Origin: Candidatus Thorarchaeota archaeon
Lineage (GTDB): Archaea; Asgardarchaeota; Thorarchaeia; Thorarchaeales; Thorarchaeaceae
Direction: 5' to 3'
DNA length: 64,000 nucleotides
NCBI GenBank assembly: GCA_020348985.1
Contig: CP070761.1
Span: 3,093,243 to 3,157,242, forward strand
Shown piece after piece: positions 39,424 to 48,521 of this stretch; the stretch's first letter is position 1; every line of letters begins with the position of its first letter. The notes under the pieces were generated by a model. That model saw only the letters and a program-made list of their open reading frames with translations. It was not told the DNA's origin and did not search any database. A program made the translations under genes and the position numbers.

Positions 39424-40590
39424 CTATCTGGGGAAGAATTCCTTGTAGACCTCTCTCTGAATGAGGAACCTCATAATCTCGGCAGTTCCACCGCCAATAG
39501 TCATGAGTCTCGCATCTCGAAGGAATCGTTCTACCGGATAGTCGGTAGTATACCCAGAGCCGCCAAGTATCTGCAGCGCATTGTTTGTTATCTCAATAGC
39601 CGCCTCTGTTGTGAAGAGCTTCGCAATCGAGGCCTGCTTCGTGGCCTTCTGACCACTGTCTAACATCCTAGCCGCAGTCAAGGTGAGGGCTCTTCCTGCT
39701 TCAAGTTTCACGGCCATGTCAGATATTTTGAAGCTCACGCCCTCGAAAGCTCTTATGGGTCTTCCGAACTGGACTCGTTCATTGGCAAACTTAACAGCTA
39801 TCTCGAAGGGAGTGCGCCCATATCCTATTGCCTCTGCTGCAATCGCAGTACGTTCGCTATCTAGTTCATCCATTAGAATCTCGAAGCCTTGACCCGGAAC
39901 CCCAAGCAACATATCCGAAGGAATTCGCACATCCTCCATCTTGAGCCAAGATACTCTGGCGGATTTCATTCCAAGTAGTTCGTGATCTTCAATGACACTG
40001 AAGCCGTCGCTTGTTGTATCGAGAATGAATGCAGACATTCCGTCTTTCGCGTCTACTGATGGGTCCGTAATCGCAAAAGTGCACATGAAGTCAGCCTGGC
40101 TTCCGTTCGTAATGAAACGCTTCTCACCGTTGAGAATCCACTCATCGCCGTCTTTCTCGGCACGAGTCTCCATTCCAGCAGTGTCAGAGCCGACATTCGG
40201 CTCACTGATACCAATACAGCCAATCTTCTCGCCTCTTACGATTGGCTCAAGGTACTTCTTCTTCTGCTCAGCGGTACCGAATTTGCTGACAGGCATACCG
40301 TAGAGAGTAGTTGATGCCATTCTGGCCATGTCCAAACCCGCATTTACTGCAGATATCTCCTCGGCCACAATAATCTCATACGAAACGCCCCTTTTTGAGC
40401 CGCCAGCAGACTCATCATGAAGAACACCCATGTATCCAACCTGACCCAGCTTGCGTATGAGCTCTCTTGGATAGGGGCCTTTGTCTATCTCGTCTGCGAT
40501 AGGCGCTATTTCCTTGTCACAGAACTCACGGACTTCCTGGCGGAATGCAATCTCATCATCTGTCCAGAGGACCTTGGATAGATAGTCCAT
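39424..40590 (-). CDS. Acyl-CoA dehydrogenase
   Basis: ISEPNVGSD, LNGEKRFITNG, RVQFGRPI, QILGGSGY..VERFLRDAR..GGGT. Confidence 0.95.
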   Translation of the reverse strand: MDYLSKVLWTDDEIAFRQEVREFCDKEIAPIADEIDKGPYPRELIRKLGQVGYMGVLHDESAGGSKRGVSYEIIVAEEISAVNAGLDMARMASTTLYGMPVSKFGTAEQKKKYLEPIVRGEKIGCIGISEPNVGSDTAGMETRAEKDGDEWILNGEKRFITNGSQADFMCTFAITDPSVDAKDGMSAFILDTTSDGFSVIEDHELLGMKSARVSWLKMEDVRIPSDMLLGVPGQGFEILMDELDSERTAIAAEAIGYGRTPFEIAVKFANERVQFGRPIRAFEGVSFKISDMAVKLEAGRALTLTAARMLDSGQKATKQASIAKLFTTEAAIEITNNALQILGGSGYTTDYPVERFLRDARLMTIGGGTAEIMRFLIQREVYKEFFPR

Positions 40591-40661
40591 TAGTGTAGCA
40601 CCTAGGCTACACTCGGACTACGGCTCCTTAAATCCATAACCTAGTGTGCCACTTGGGAAGC

Positions 40662-41054
40662 TCATTCATCATTGGTGGGCTTCAACGCTTGTACAGCTAA
40701 ATGCTGGGCTGCTTCGCGCTTCTTCTTGATGTCAGTCGCTTGTTTTCGGATCTCATCAAAGATTGGTTTCCTCTGATTCACAAATCCCTCAACGAAAGCT
40801 GCGACAGCTTCTGAACGGCTCTTGAAAATCTCAAGTTCAACTAGAGCATCGAGAAGATCCACGATGTTTTCGCTCATTCTTGTCATGACAGATACTTCTC
40901 TTCTACGGAGCCCGAATCCCTCACTCTCAAGGCGCCCTAGGAGTTCTTCTCGAATGATTGTGGGAGTCGCTCTTTGATCTTCCTGAACATTGTCCTTCGA
41001 CATGGTTTCCCACCATTGACACAGTCTTTGTGTGTGTGGTGACGTGATATCCAC
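40662..41054 (-). CDS. Ribbon-helix-helix (CopG-like) regulator with C-terminal coiled coil; start probably ~41003
   Basis: VSVMTRM.E..VDLLDALVE..IFKSRSEAV RHH signature. Confidence 0.82.
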   Translation of the reverse strand: MDITSPHTQRLCQWWETMSKDNVQEDQRATPTIIREELLGRLESEGFGLRRREVSVMTRMSENIVDLLDALVELEIFKSRSEAVAAFVEGFVNQRKPIFDEIRKQATDIKKKREAAQHLAVQALKPTNDE

Positions 41055-41091
41055 ACAATCAACTCTTATATGAATTGTGTAATACTATTAC
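41053..41091. promoter_or_regulatory. Inverted repeats around the TATA box of the RHH gene
   Basis: ACACAAT..ATTGTGT (41053-41080) flanks a minus-strand TATAAG; GTAATA-C-TATTAC at 41079-41091. Confidence 0.45.
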
Positions 41092-41215
41092 GTGTTAGTC
41101 GGTCATAAACGCGATCGGTCCCCGTACCTCGCGCTTAAGGGGGTGCTCTTTTCTGTTGAGCCCCCCAACCGATTGGCACTCTCCTTCTCTAGAAGCAGGT
41201 TGTCACTGCACGGGG

Positions 41216-41551
41216 TCATTTTGAAAGAGAATAGAAGAAGCGTTCATCCTCACCAAGAACCACGGTGACCTGATCGCCAATCTCGATTGCGTCGTCGTCA
41301 GTGCTTTTGCTCACACAAAGGACCACAGCCTCGTGTTGAAGTGATACGAGTGCAATCTTCAGGGGTGCATCGAATCCCTCTGGGGGATTGTGCAGCATAG
41401 TATGAGATAGCACTTCTCCGCGGCCCTCAAGCTTGGTCGCAGTCATGTTGTTCACACGTGGACCGCAGTAGGGGCATAGATCTCTTGGAGGAACTACTGC
41501 GCGACCACAATTGCCGCATAGTGACGCATCAATCGACATTCCAATAGCCAA
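41216..41551 (-). CDS. DUF35 Zn-ribbon/OB-fold protein
   Basis: CGNCG..PPRDLCPYC, GEVLSHT..PPEGF, IEIGDQV. Confidence 0.9.
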   Translation of the reverse strand: MAIGMSIDASLCGNCGRAVVPPRDLCPYCGPRVNNMTATKLEGRGEVLSHTMLHNPPEGFDAPLKIALVSLQHEAVVLCVSKSTDDDAIEIGDQVTVVLGEDERFFYSLSK

Positions 41552-41597
41552 CGATACCCAGCAGGTTCACTCTGAAAAGAATTGTCTCAAAGGTAGG

Positions 41598-42020
41598 CTA
41601 TTCCTTGGTCTTCAATACGTCTTTCATCGTTCCACTAGTTCGTTCCGCTTCGTATTTCTGCAGAACTCCCTTGTAGCCCATACCCTCGAGCTTGGATGCA
41701 AGTGCCTTCATTCTCTCTGTTACCTGAGCTGCCTCTTGCATCTTCATCATCAGTTGCTTACGATACTCTATGGCAGTTATCTCTCCAGCATCAAGGCGTC
41801 GTGCTAGCTCGTCTCGCTCCAATAGGATCTCTTCACGTCTCTTCTCCAATTCCTCGAACTCGTTGACGAGTGAGTACATCTTTGATTGGGAGCGAGTTGT
41901 CTTTCCTTCCCGATCGCGAACATCCTCGCTCTTTGTGACCCTAATTCGTCTCAGGCGGTCGAATTTACCCATTCTTCGAGCACCATTGCCTACTAATCTG
42001 GCATGGACGTGTAGTTCCAC
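41598..42020 (-). CDS. Small coiled-coil protein with SHOCT-like motif (start probably MGKFD ~41972)
   Basis: Charged heptads; LDAGEITAIEYRKQ. Confidence 0.65.
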   Translation of the reverse strand: MELHVHARLVGNGARRMGKFDRLRRIRVTKSEDVRDREGKTTRSQSKMYSLVNEFEELEKRREEILLERDELARRLDAGEITAIEYRKQLMMKMQEAAQVTERMKALASKLEGMGYKGVLQKYEAERTSGTMKDVLKTKE

Positions 42021-42061
42021 AATATTAGTCTACATCGCATGTATTTCTGTCCGGTTGAGGG

Positions 42062-43231
42062 TCAACTGCCTTTCTTTAGGATAGTCACGACCATGTTGTT
42101 CCCAAATCCACCGATATTGTGTGTTAGCGCAGTCTCTGGAGACTCTACCTGGATGCCTTTTGGGGCCGCGCCCCGAAGCTGCAGAACTACGTCTCTTATC
42201 TGAGCAACTCCTGTGGCGCCGGTTGGATGGCCTCTGGATTTCAAGCCGCCACTGGGATTGACAGGCAAGTCCCCATCAACATCGGTCACACCTTCTTTAA
42301 TCAGCTCAATGGCAGATCCTCTGGGCGCGATACCAACGTCCTCCATGTTGATTATCTCAAGGATAGAGAAGGCATCGTGAAGCTCGAACACATCCACCTC
42401 GGTTGGACTGATTCCAGCCATCTTGGTCGCTTCACGAACAGCCTGAACAGTTGCATTGAGAGAGGTCAATGACAGTCTGTGCTGGACTGCATGATGGTCT
42501 GTTGCATGACCGATCCCCAGCACCTGTACTGAGCGATCCCTTAGACCAGACTCCTCCACTATTCTCTCAGAAGCAACAACTATCGAAGCAGCACCATCAC
42601 TAACCGGGCTGCAGTCGTAGAGTGTGAGGGGATCAGCCACTATTGGAGAGGAATTGACTTTCTCAATGGTGACCTCCTTCTGGAAATGGGCCAGAGGATT
42701 CTTGGCCCCGTTTCGGTGGGCCTTCATTGGGACTAGTGACAATTCGTCGCGTGTCAATCCGTAGTCATGCATGTATCGTCTTGCAACCATTGCCGCAAGG
42801 GCGGCAGGGGTGGCCCCATACCTTGTCTCACTCTCTTGTGACATCATCTTTGAGAGAATTCGGGAAGCAGAGCGACCATCTACCTCCGACATCTTTTCGA
42901 CGCCAATCACGATCACAAGGTCCGCCATACCGGCGCCAACAATAGCAACTGCAACCTCGAAAGCACTCGAACCTGATGAAGGGCCTGTTTCGATGCGTGT
43001 TGCACCAGATGGGACAAAGCCCAACCTATCAGCCATCAGAGTGGACAGGTGACCAATTCCCGTGAATTCGTCAGGATTCTGCGATGCTATAATGAGCCGG
43101 TCGAAACGTGAATCAAGTGTTTCAGAATCCTTCAAAGCCTCAAGAGAGGCTTCGACGGCCAATTCCGTGATTGATTGCTCTAGTCGCCCAAACCTCGTCA
43201 TTCCTACTCCAACAACGTGGACAGGCTTCAT
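42062..43231 (-). CDS. SCP2/SCP-x-type thiolase-fold protein lacking the nucleophilic Cys
   Basis: GVEKM, PVSDGAA, ELHDAF, NPSGGLKSRGHPTGATG; RIETGPSSG in place of ACASG. Confidence 0.9.
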   Translation of the reverse strand: MKPVHVVGVGMTRFGRLEQSITELAVEASLEALKDSETLDSRFDRLIIASQNPDEFTGIGHLSTLMADRLGFVPSGATRIETGPSSGSSAFEVAVAIVGAGMADLVIVIGVEKMSEVDGRSASRILSKMMSQESETRYGATPAALAAMVARRYMHDYGLTRDELSLVPMKAHRNGAKNPLAHFQKEVTIEKVNSSPIVADPLTLYDCSPVSDGAASIVVASERIVEESGLRDRSVQVLGIGHATDHHAVQHRLSLTSLNATVQAVREATKMAGISPTEVDVFELHDAFSILEIINMEDVGIAPRGSAIELIKEGVTDVDGDLPVNPSGGLKSRGHPTGATGVAQIRDVVLQLRGAAPKGIQVESPETALTHNIGGFGNNMVVTILKKGS

Positions 43232-43245
43232 GACCTGAACGGCTC

Positions 43246-43770
43246 CTATTCTACAAGAATCAGCAAGTCGCTCGGAGTGACACTGGATCCGGGCTCAATG
43301 TTGACTTCCTTAATCTGGCCATCGGAGGGTGCCTTCAATTCATTAAACATCTTCATGGCTTCAAGGATGCATACTGTGTCACCCGCTTGTACACTGTCTC
43401 CCACGCGAACTTTGACCTCTGTGATTTTGCCCGGCATGGGAGGATAAATCCCGCCTGAGATTCTCTTGTCATCTGCAATGGCACCACCAGTCGCCACATG
43501 ATCTTCCTGTTGGCGGACACGGTCCCAGACAATTTCAACTTCTTCTTCGTTGAGTTCGATTGTGGCCTTGCGGCCGGCCCTCCTGATGATTCTGGCTTGA
43601 TGATCAGTTGAAGTGTCGTTAATGGTCCAGGTACCGTCTTCGGACACTGCCGTCTTCAAAGTGAAGGTCTCGTCACCAACCTTGACTATTAACAGCCCGC
43701 CCTCGTCAAGCATATCGACACTTACTCTATAGTCACGTTCGCCAACCTTTAGGTCGTAATCCGGACTCAT
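43246..43770 (-). CDS. Biotin carboxyl carrier protein
   Basis: PMPGKI..VGD.V..GD..ILEAMKM biotinylation motif. Confidence 0.95.
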   Translation of the reverse strand: MSPDYDLKVGERDYRVSVDMLDEGGLLIVKVGDETFTLKTAVSEDGTWTINDTSTDHQARIIRRAGRKATIELNEEEVEIVWDRVRQQEDHVATGGAIADDKRISGGIYPPMPGKITEVKVRVGDSVQAGDTVCILEAMKMFNELKAPSDGQIKEVNIEPGSSVTPSDLLILVE

Positions 43771-45356
43771 CAGGGCACCCCCTGTCTACGCCCACGCATC
43801 TCGTCCTTTCTTCCTTCTGATGCCCATGATGAAGTGGCACGCTCCCACCGAGCATATGTCCGGACACCGGTCCGTCCAGCACGGAGATCATGCTTTCCAC
43901 TAGCCGCCCAAGAGTCTTCCAAGACTACTGCTCCCACTGTCGTTCCAACTCCCTGGGAGCTCATATGCAAGACTGAGGCAATAATTGCGGCTTCAAGGAC
44001 TTCAGGAGTCGCGCCTCTCTTCTTTCTCGCGTTTCGTCTAATCAAGAAGTCCCTCACATATTGTGGGAAAATCGCATAGGACACCTCATCACGTGGAACA
44101 TGTGGGATATCTTCTAAGGCCTTCTTTGCTGCCAGAAGCCCCGGCTCTATGAGATCAGCAGGTCGACAATCGATCGGATCTTCGTCTCCGATAGCCAGTT
44201 TCTTGATTTTCGGATCTATCGGCGCGGGGGGTCTCCCGTAATACCCACGAACATACTGCTTGACTTCGTGCGGAATCATTGAGTATCTCTTGCCAGTGAT
44301 AACATTCAGGGTTGCCTGAGTACCAACAATTTGACTTGAGGGTGTCACAAGAGGGGGGTATCCTAGCTCGGCTCGCACTCTGGGGACTTCCTCCAGCACC
44401 TCATCATATCGGTCTAGTGCCCCTTGTTCGCGAAGCTGATTGTCAAGATTCGACAACATGCCGCCAGGAATCTGGAAGACGAGCACCTGAGGATTGACTC
44501 CCTGAAGACTACCTTCAAAGCGACTGTATTTCCTCCGAATCTTTCGGAAGTAGTCTGCAATCTCTGCAAGCAGCTCCAAATCAAGGCCTGTGTCACGCTT
44601 CGTTCCTTTCAGAGACTCCACGATGGATTCTGTTGCTGGTTGAGATGTCGCCATTGACAGTGAGGATATTGCACAATCCACGACGTCTACGCCGACCTCA
44701 GCGGCCTTGAGATATGCCATCGAAGCCATTCCAGAAGTCATGTGGCTATGAAGCTGGATTGGGATATCTATCTCATCTTTGAGTTTGATGACGAGATCCT
44801 CGGCTGCGGAGGGCGAGATTAGCCCGGCCATGTCTTTGATACAGATTGAATCGGCTTCGAGTTCGTAGAGATTCTTGGCCTTCTCCACGAACTTTTCGTT
44901 TGTGTGAAATGGACTGATTGTGTAGCAGAAGCTCGCTTGAACATGCGCGCCGGCTTTCTTGACGAATCTCATCGCGGCCTCCATATTCCGGACATCATTC
45001 AGAGCGTCGAAGATTCTGAAGATATCAATGCCCACTTTGGCGGCCTCGTTGATAAACGCCTCCAGCACATCGTCCGGGTAGTGTGAGTAGGCGACAATAT
45101 TCTGTGCTCTGAGGAGCATCTGGAACTTCGTGTTTGGCATGGCTTCCTTGAGGGTCTCAACACGTTCCCAAGGATCTTCGTCTAGAAACCGCATCATGCT
45201 ATCAAATGTCGCACCACCGAACATTTCCAACGAGTGATATCCGACTTTGTCCAGCTTCTCACAGATTGGAAGCATATCCTCTGTTCGCATTCTCGTGGCT
45301 AGCAGGGACTGATGGGCGTCGCGAAGGACTGTGTCGGTAATGCGGAGTTGCGCCAT
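43770..45356 (-). CDS. Pyruvate/oxaloacetate carboxyltransferase (PycB/OadA/transcarboxylase 5S type) with extra C-terminal tail
   Basis: LRDAHQSLLATRM, GGATFD, EDPWER, RIFDALND, CIKDMAG, LHSH, PGGMLSN, VTPSSQIVG. Confidence 0.93.
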   Translation of the reverse strand: MAQLRITDTVLRDAHQSLLATRMRTEDMLPICEKLDKVGYHSLEMFGGATFDSMMRFLDEDPWERVETLKEAMPNTKFQMLLRAQNIVAYSHYPDDVLEAFINEAAKVGIDIFRIFDALNDVRNMEAAMRFVKKAGAHVQASFCYTISPFHTNEKFVEKAKNLYELEADSICIKDMAGLISPSAAEDLVIKLKDEIDIPIQLHSHMTSGMASMAYLKAAEVGVDVVDCAISSLSMATSQPATESIVESLKGTKRDTGLDLELLAEIADYFRKIRRKYSRFEGSLQGVNPQVLVFQIPGGMLSNLDNQLREQGALDRYDEVLEEVPRVRAELGYPPLVTPSSQIVGTQATLNVITGKRYSMIPHEVKQYVRGYYGRPPAPIDPKIKKLAIGDEDPIDCRPADLIEPGLLAAKKALEDIPHVPRDEVSYAIFPQYVRDFLIRRNARKKRGATPEVLEAAIIASVLHMSSQGVGTTVGAVVLEDSWAASGKHDLRAGRTGVRTYARWERATSSWASEGRKDEMRGRRQGVP

Positions 45357-45589
45357 TTTGTTCGACTCACCTCAGTAACCTCGCTCATAAAGCAGTTCCG
45401 TTACCAATGCTTTCGGACATTGTTGAGTTAGATATGAAGTTGGAGACTTTGTGTGGCATGGAACAGACTTGACGAACCGCATAGCTCAGAGAGTGTTCAC
45501 CTCTGTTCAAACCGGCATTTTTTTTAAAAAGTTCGAGCATCTTTTGCAGCTAAATTGGCTTCGGGAAGCCAATTGGAGGAGAGATTGAA

Positions 45590-46726
45590 TTGGAAATGCG
45601 AAGACTAGCCAAGGTGATGCTACTCATTTCATGTTTGTTGCTCCCGGTGTTGGGTATCGGTCTTGATGTTAGCACTTTTGGTGTACAGGAGAGATACTCC
45701 GGTCTTGATGTTGGCACTTTAGATGTACAGGAAGGATTCTCGCCAAGTGCTGTGGTTTGGTCAGATGACTTTAATGATAACAATACAGACGGTTGGGAAA
45801 TTTGGGGAATGAATTACACAGACCCTGCTTCTCTCCCAGCCAACTATTCTGTGTCCGAAGGCGTGCTACGATTCCGAGGAGTAGACAATCATTGGACTAT
45901 TGCAATGTACAATACAACTCAGGGTGTAGGCACCTGGAGCTTTGATCTTGATGTCCAGGACCAACACAGGCATCATTTCTACGTGCCATTTTTCAGTGGC
46001 TATTGGGACTATGACAGTATCAATTGGTCACAGTGGTTGGAATCAGTACCGTATGAGTATGGGATAATGCCAGTCATAGGTGAATTTAGCGGATGGGAAG
46101 ACGAGTTTGTCTTGTACCGGCGCAGTCCAGGAAGTGGGTCTATCACCCCTTTGGGTCGATACTCTCATGAGGAAATGATTGGTTGGCACCATATCGACAT
46201 CCAACGCGACTCTTCAGGTCGGATCCATGTCTACCTCAATGAGACCCACGTTATGTCAGGTCAGGACACAAGGTTCTCAGTGAGTGAGTGCTTCAAGATC
46301 TATAGTCAAGGGGGTTCTGCGATCGACAACATATTTGCTTTTGACGATTTCACACACATTGACAAAGTGGCACCAGAGTGGGATCAAGAACCAACGAATC
46401 AAGCTATAGATCAGGGACAAGCTTTCAGCTACAATCTAAATGCATCGGACTTCAATGGCATTGACAAATGGGCGGTGAATGACACCGTTCATTTCGAGAT
46501 TGATTCTAACGGGGATATCACTAATGCTATTGAATTGAGTCCATCTGTCTATTGGCTTGAGGTATCAGTAAATGATACCATGGGAAACGAACGAACTGCT
46601 GTATTCTCAGTCACCGTCAGTGGATCAACACCACCCCCGCTCCCAGATCTCTCATTGCTCGCAGTGATAGGTGGCGGAGTCCTGGCTGTGATTGTGGTGG
46701 TCGTCATCATAAGGAGAAAGTCCTAG
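45590..46726 (+). CDS. Secreted surface protein: LamG/concanavalin-like beta sandwich + Ig/cadherin-like domain + TM anchor
   Basis: Signal peptide, WSDDFNDN, WHHIDIQRD..G.I.VYLN, DKVAPEW..YNLNASD, C-terminal TM followed by RRKS. Confidence 0.8.
   Translation: MEMRRLAKVMLLISCLLLPVLGIGLDVSTFGVQERYSGLDVGTLDVQEGFSPSAVVWSDDFNDNNTDGWEIWGMNYTDPASLPANYSVSEGVLRFRGVDNHWTIAMYNTTQGVGTWSFDLDVQDQHRHHFYVPFFSGYWDYDSINWSQWLESVPYEYGIMPVIGEFSGWEDEFVLYRRSPGSGSITPLGRYSHEEMIGWHHIDIQRDSSGRIHVYLNETHVMSGQDTRFSVSECFKIYSQGGSAIDNIFAFDDFTHIDKVAPEWDQEPTNQAIDQGQAFSYNLNASDFNGIDKWAVNDTVHFEIDSNGDITNAIELSPSVYWLEVSVNDTMGNERTAVFSVTVSGSTPPPLPDLSLLAVIGGGVLAVIVVVVIIRRKS
45658..45741 (+). repeat. In-frame 42-bp tandem duplication
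   Basis: CGGTCTTGATGTTAGCACTTTTGGTGTACAGGAGAGATACTC / CGGTCTTGATGTTGGCACTTTAGATGTACAGGAAGGATTCTC, 36/42 identical. Confidence 0.9.
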
Positions 46727-46821
46727 GCACATCAACAGTTGCCAGATTGAGAATGACCTGAATGTATAAGACCGTTGACGGAATTGCTAGATTGAAGAAT
46801 ACAGATAGAAGACGTTCATTC

Positions 46822-47682
46822 CTAGCTCTCTTCAAGTCCTGGAAAAGGAGGCGGCATTCTCATCGAGATAGGAATTGGATATTTCGCAAAAGGCTGTTGT
46901 CTCATCCCGTTTACTATTTCCTCAGCTTTTGTGGCTGGTATTGCAAAGAGCATTTCATCGTCATTTGCGCCCGCAAATACACGGTCTCCATTTCCTGGAA
47001 TTACCATTTGATACTCTTGAGTATTGAAAGCACGAAGAACTCCACTAGTACAAGAGGCCATAATCCCTGCTAACTCAGCTTTCAATCTCTTTCCCTCTTT
47101 GTGCATAGCCCCTTGTAGGAGACGCATCATCTGAGCAGGATTCCCATACACAAGAATGACATCCGGTACAATCTTTGTTCTTGTCAATGGTGATACTACT
47201 AGAGCACTGTATCTTCCCTTTTCTAGATGGTCAACATTCTCTAGGATTGTGTTTGCTCCATCTTCATCTACAGCATAACCTGCTTCAACGAAGAAAAATG
47301 CAAGCGTGGATCTATCAAGCAGCTCTTTCCAGCCATACGCAAAACTAGCACCAGGACAACCACTATCCTCCTCTGTTATGCCCATTGTCCAGCCAAACCG
47401 TCGAGACAAACTTAGAGCTTGACAGATTGCGATCCTATTTTCGGGTCTTCGTGTTTTCTCGGGAAATTCTGATTCATCCTTAACTAGCTTAACAGCCAAT
47501 GGATATGTAGCAGGCCGAAGAACTTCCTCCAAGGCTTTTCCGATACTTCTCCATAAATCCATGTTCATGCAACCACATCCGAATTCTTGGATTTGTCGAA
47601 ATATCTCTTTCGAGTTGTTCAGCGTGGGCTTGCTTGATACACAGTTTCTCAGCCACCACAGTATTATGGGAGCAACCATCAT
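46822..47682 (-). CDS. DUF169 family protein (start probably ~47568)
   Basis: PLAVKL, ICQA..RR.G, CPGA..G, PDVILVYGNPAQMMRL, GDRVFA..DDEM. Confidence 0.88.
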   Translation of the reverse strand: MMVAPIILWWLRNCVSSKPTLNNSKEIFRQIQEFGCGCMNMDLWRSIGKALEEVLRPATYPLAVKLVKDESEFPEKTRRPENRIAICQALSLSRRFGWTMGITEEDSGCPGASFAYGWKELLDRSTLAFFFVEAGYAVDEDGANTILENVDHLEKGRYSALVVSPLTRTKIVPDVILVYGNPAQMMRLLQGAMHKEGKRLKAELAGIMASCTSGVLRAFNTQEYQMVIPGNGDRVFAGANDDEMLFAIPATKAEEIVNGMRQQPFAKYPIPISMRMPPPFPGLEES

Positions 47683-48521
47683 TTTCCGGGCGTGTCAATC
47701 TTGAGAGACCGTCTCGGGGGCAGTCGTTGGTATTTCACTCGAGGATACCCGAATGCAATCACTCCCCAGCAATGCCCTTTCATATGAATCGTTTGAGCCA
47801 GATCCTTATCGATATTGAGGGGAGCCTGCGCCCAGCCGACCCACAAAGAGCCAATACCTAGGGATTGAGCCGCCAGTTGCATATACAGACCGATAATCCC
47901 TGTGTTCACACCATCTATGTCGGTTTTTGTAGGTGTACTGATGACAATGACTAATGGGGCCTTCCGAAAAATCATGTCTTCGTCCGGGTCTTTCTTAAGA
48001 ACGGACTTGATGAACACGCCGTATCGGCCCGGCAACGACATCATCACCTCTGCACAGCCCTTAGAAAGGGCCCTAATCTGCTCTGTATCGTCTAGCTTGA
48101 TAAAAGTCCAAGACCGAGCGTTTCCCCCGCTTGCAGCAAATCGTGCCGTTGACCAGATTCGTTCCTGAATCTCTGGCGGAATTGGGTCGGACTTGAATTG
48201 GCGTATTGAACGGTTATTGGCTAGGAAGAAATGTAGATGCTCGTAATCTACGATGGATTCAGGATTCTTTGCCGCACTCGCGAGTGCTGACATTGGGTCA
48301 GATGCAAAGGATTCATCTTCAAAGACTCCTTTTGCTTCAAACTGAATGGCTTCTTCAGGGCAAATGGCGATGCAGTGACCACATCGAATACATATTCCAT
48401 ATGGGTCACTGTATTTGACTTCGGCTCCATGAACAAAGAGTCTCCCGGGGCAGTCCTTCACACATAGTCCACAGTTATTGCACTTCTCTCTATCTATTCT
48501 GCTGATCGTCATGATAATCAC
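47679..48521 (-). CDS. Nitroreductase family protein with N-terminal 2[4Fe-4S] ferredoxin
   Basis: CNNCGLCVKDCP and CIRCGHCIAICP; RSIRQF, ASGGN..W, LAAQSLGIGS.W, AFGYP. Confidence 0.92.
   Translation of the reverse strand: MIIMTISRIDREKCNNCGLCVKDCPGRLFVHGAEVKYSDPYGICIRCGHCIAICPEEAIQFEAKGVFEDESFASDPMSALASAAKNPESIVDYEHLHFFLANNRSIRQFKSDPIPPEIQERIWSTARFAASGGNARSWTFIKLDDTEQIRALSKGCAEVMMSLPGRYGVFIKSVLKKDPDEDMIFRKAPLVIVISTPTKTDIDGVNTGIIGLYMQLAAQSLGIGSLWVGWAQAPLNIDKDLAQTIHMKGHCWGVIAFGYPRVKYQRLPPRRSLKIDTPGK

Noticed and set aside
41114-41174. GC-rich hairpin GGGGG-T-GCTC/GAGC-CCCCC
   Set aside because: Adequately explained as the 3'-end structure of the thiolase operon
41598-42020. Vps28/ESCRT-I similarity (MYSLVNEFEELEK..ITAIEY)
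   Set aside because: Spacing does not fit and no ESCRT genes are nearby; generic coiled coil/SHOCT is simpler
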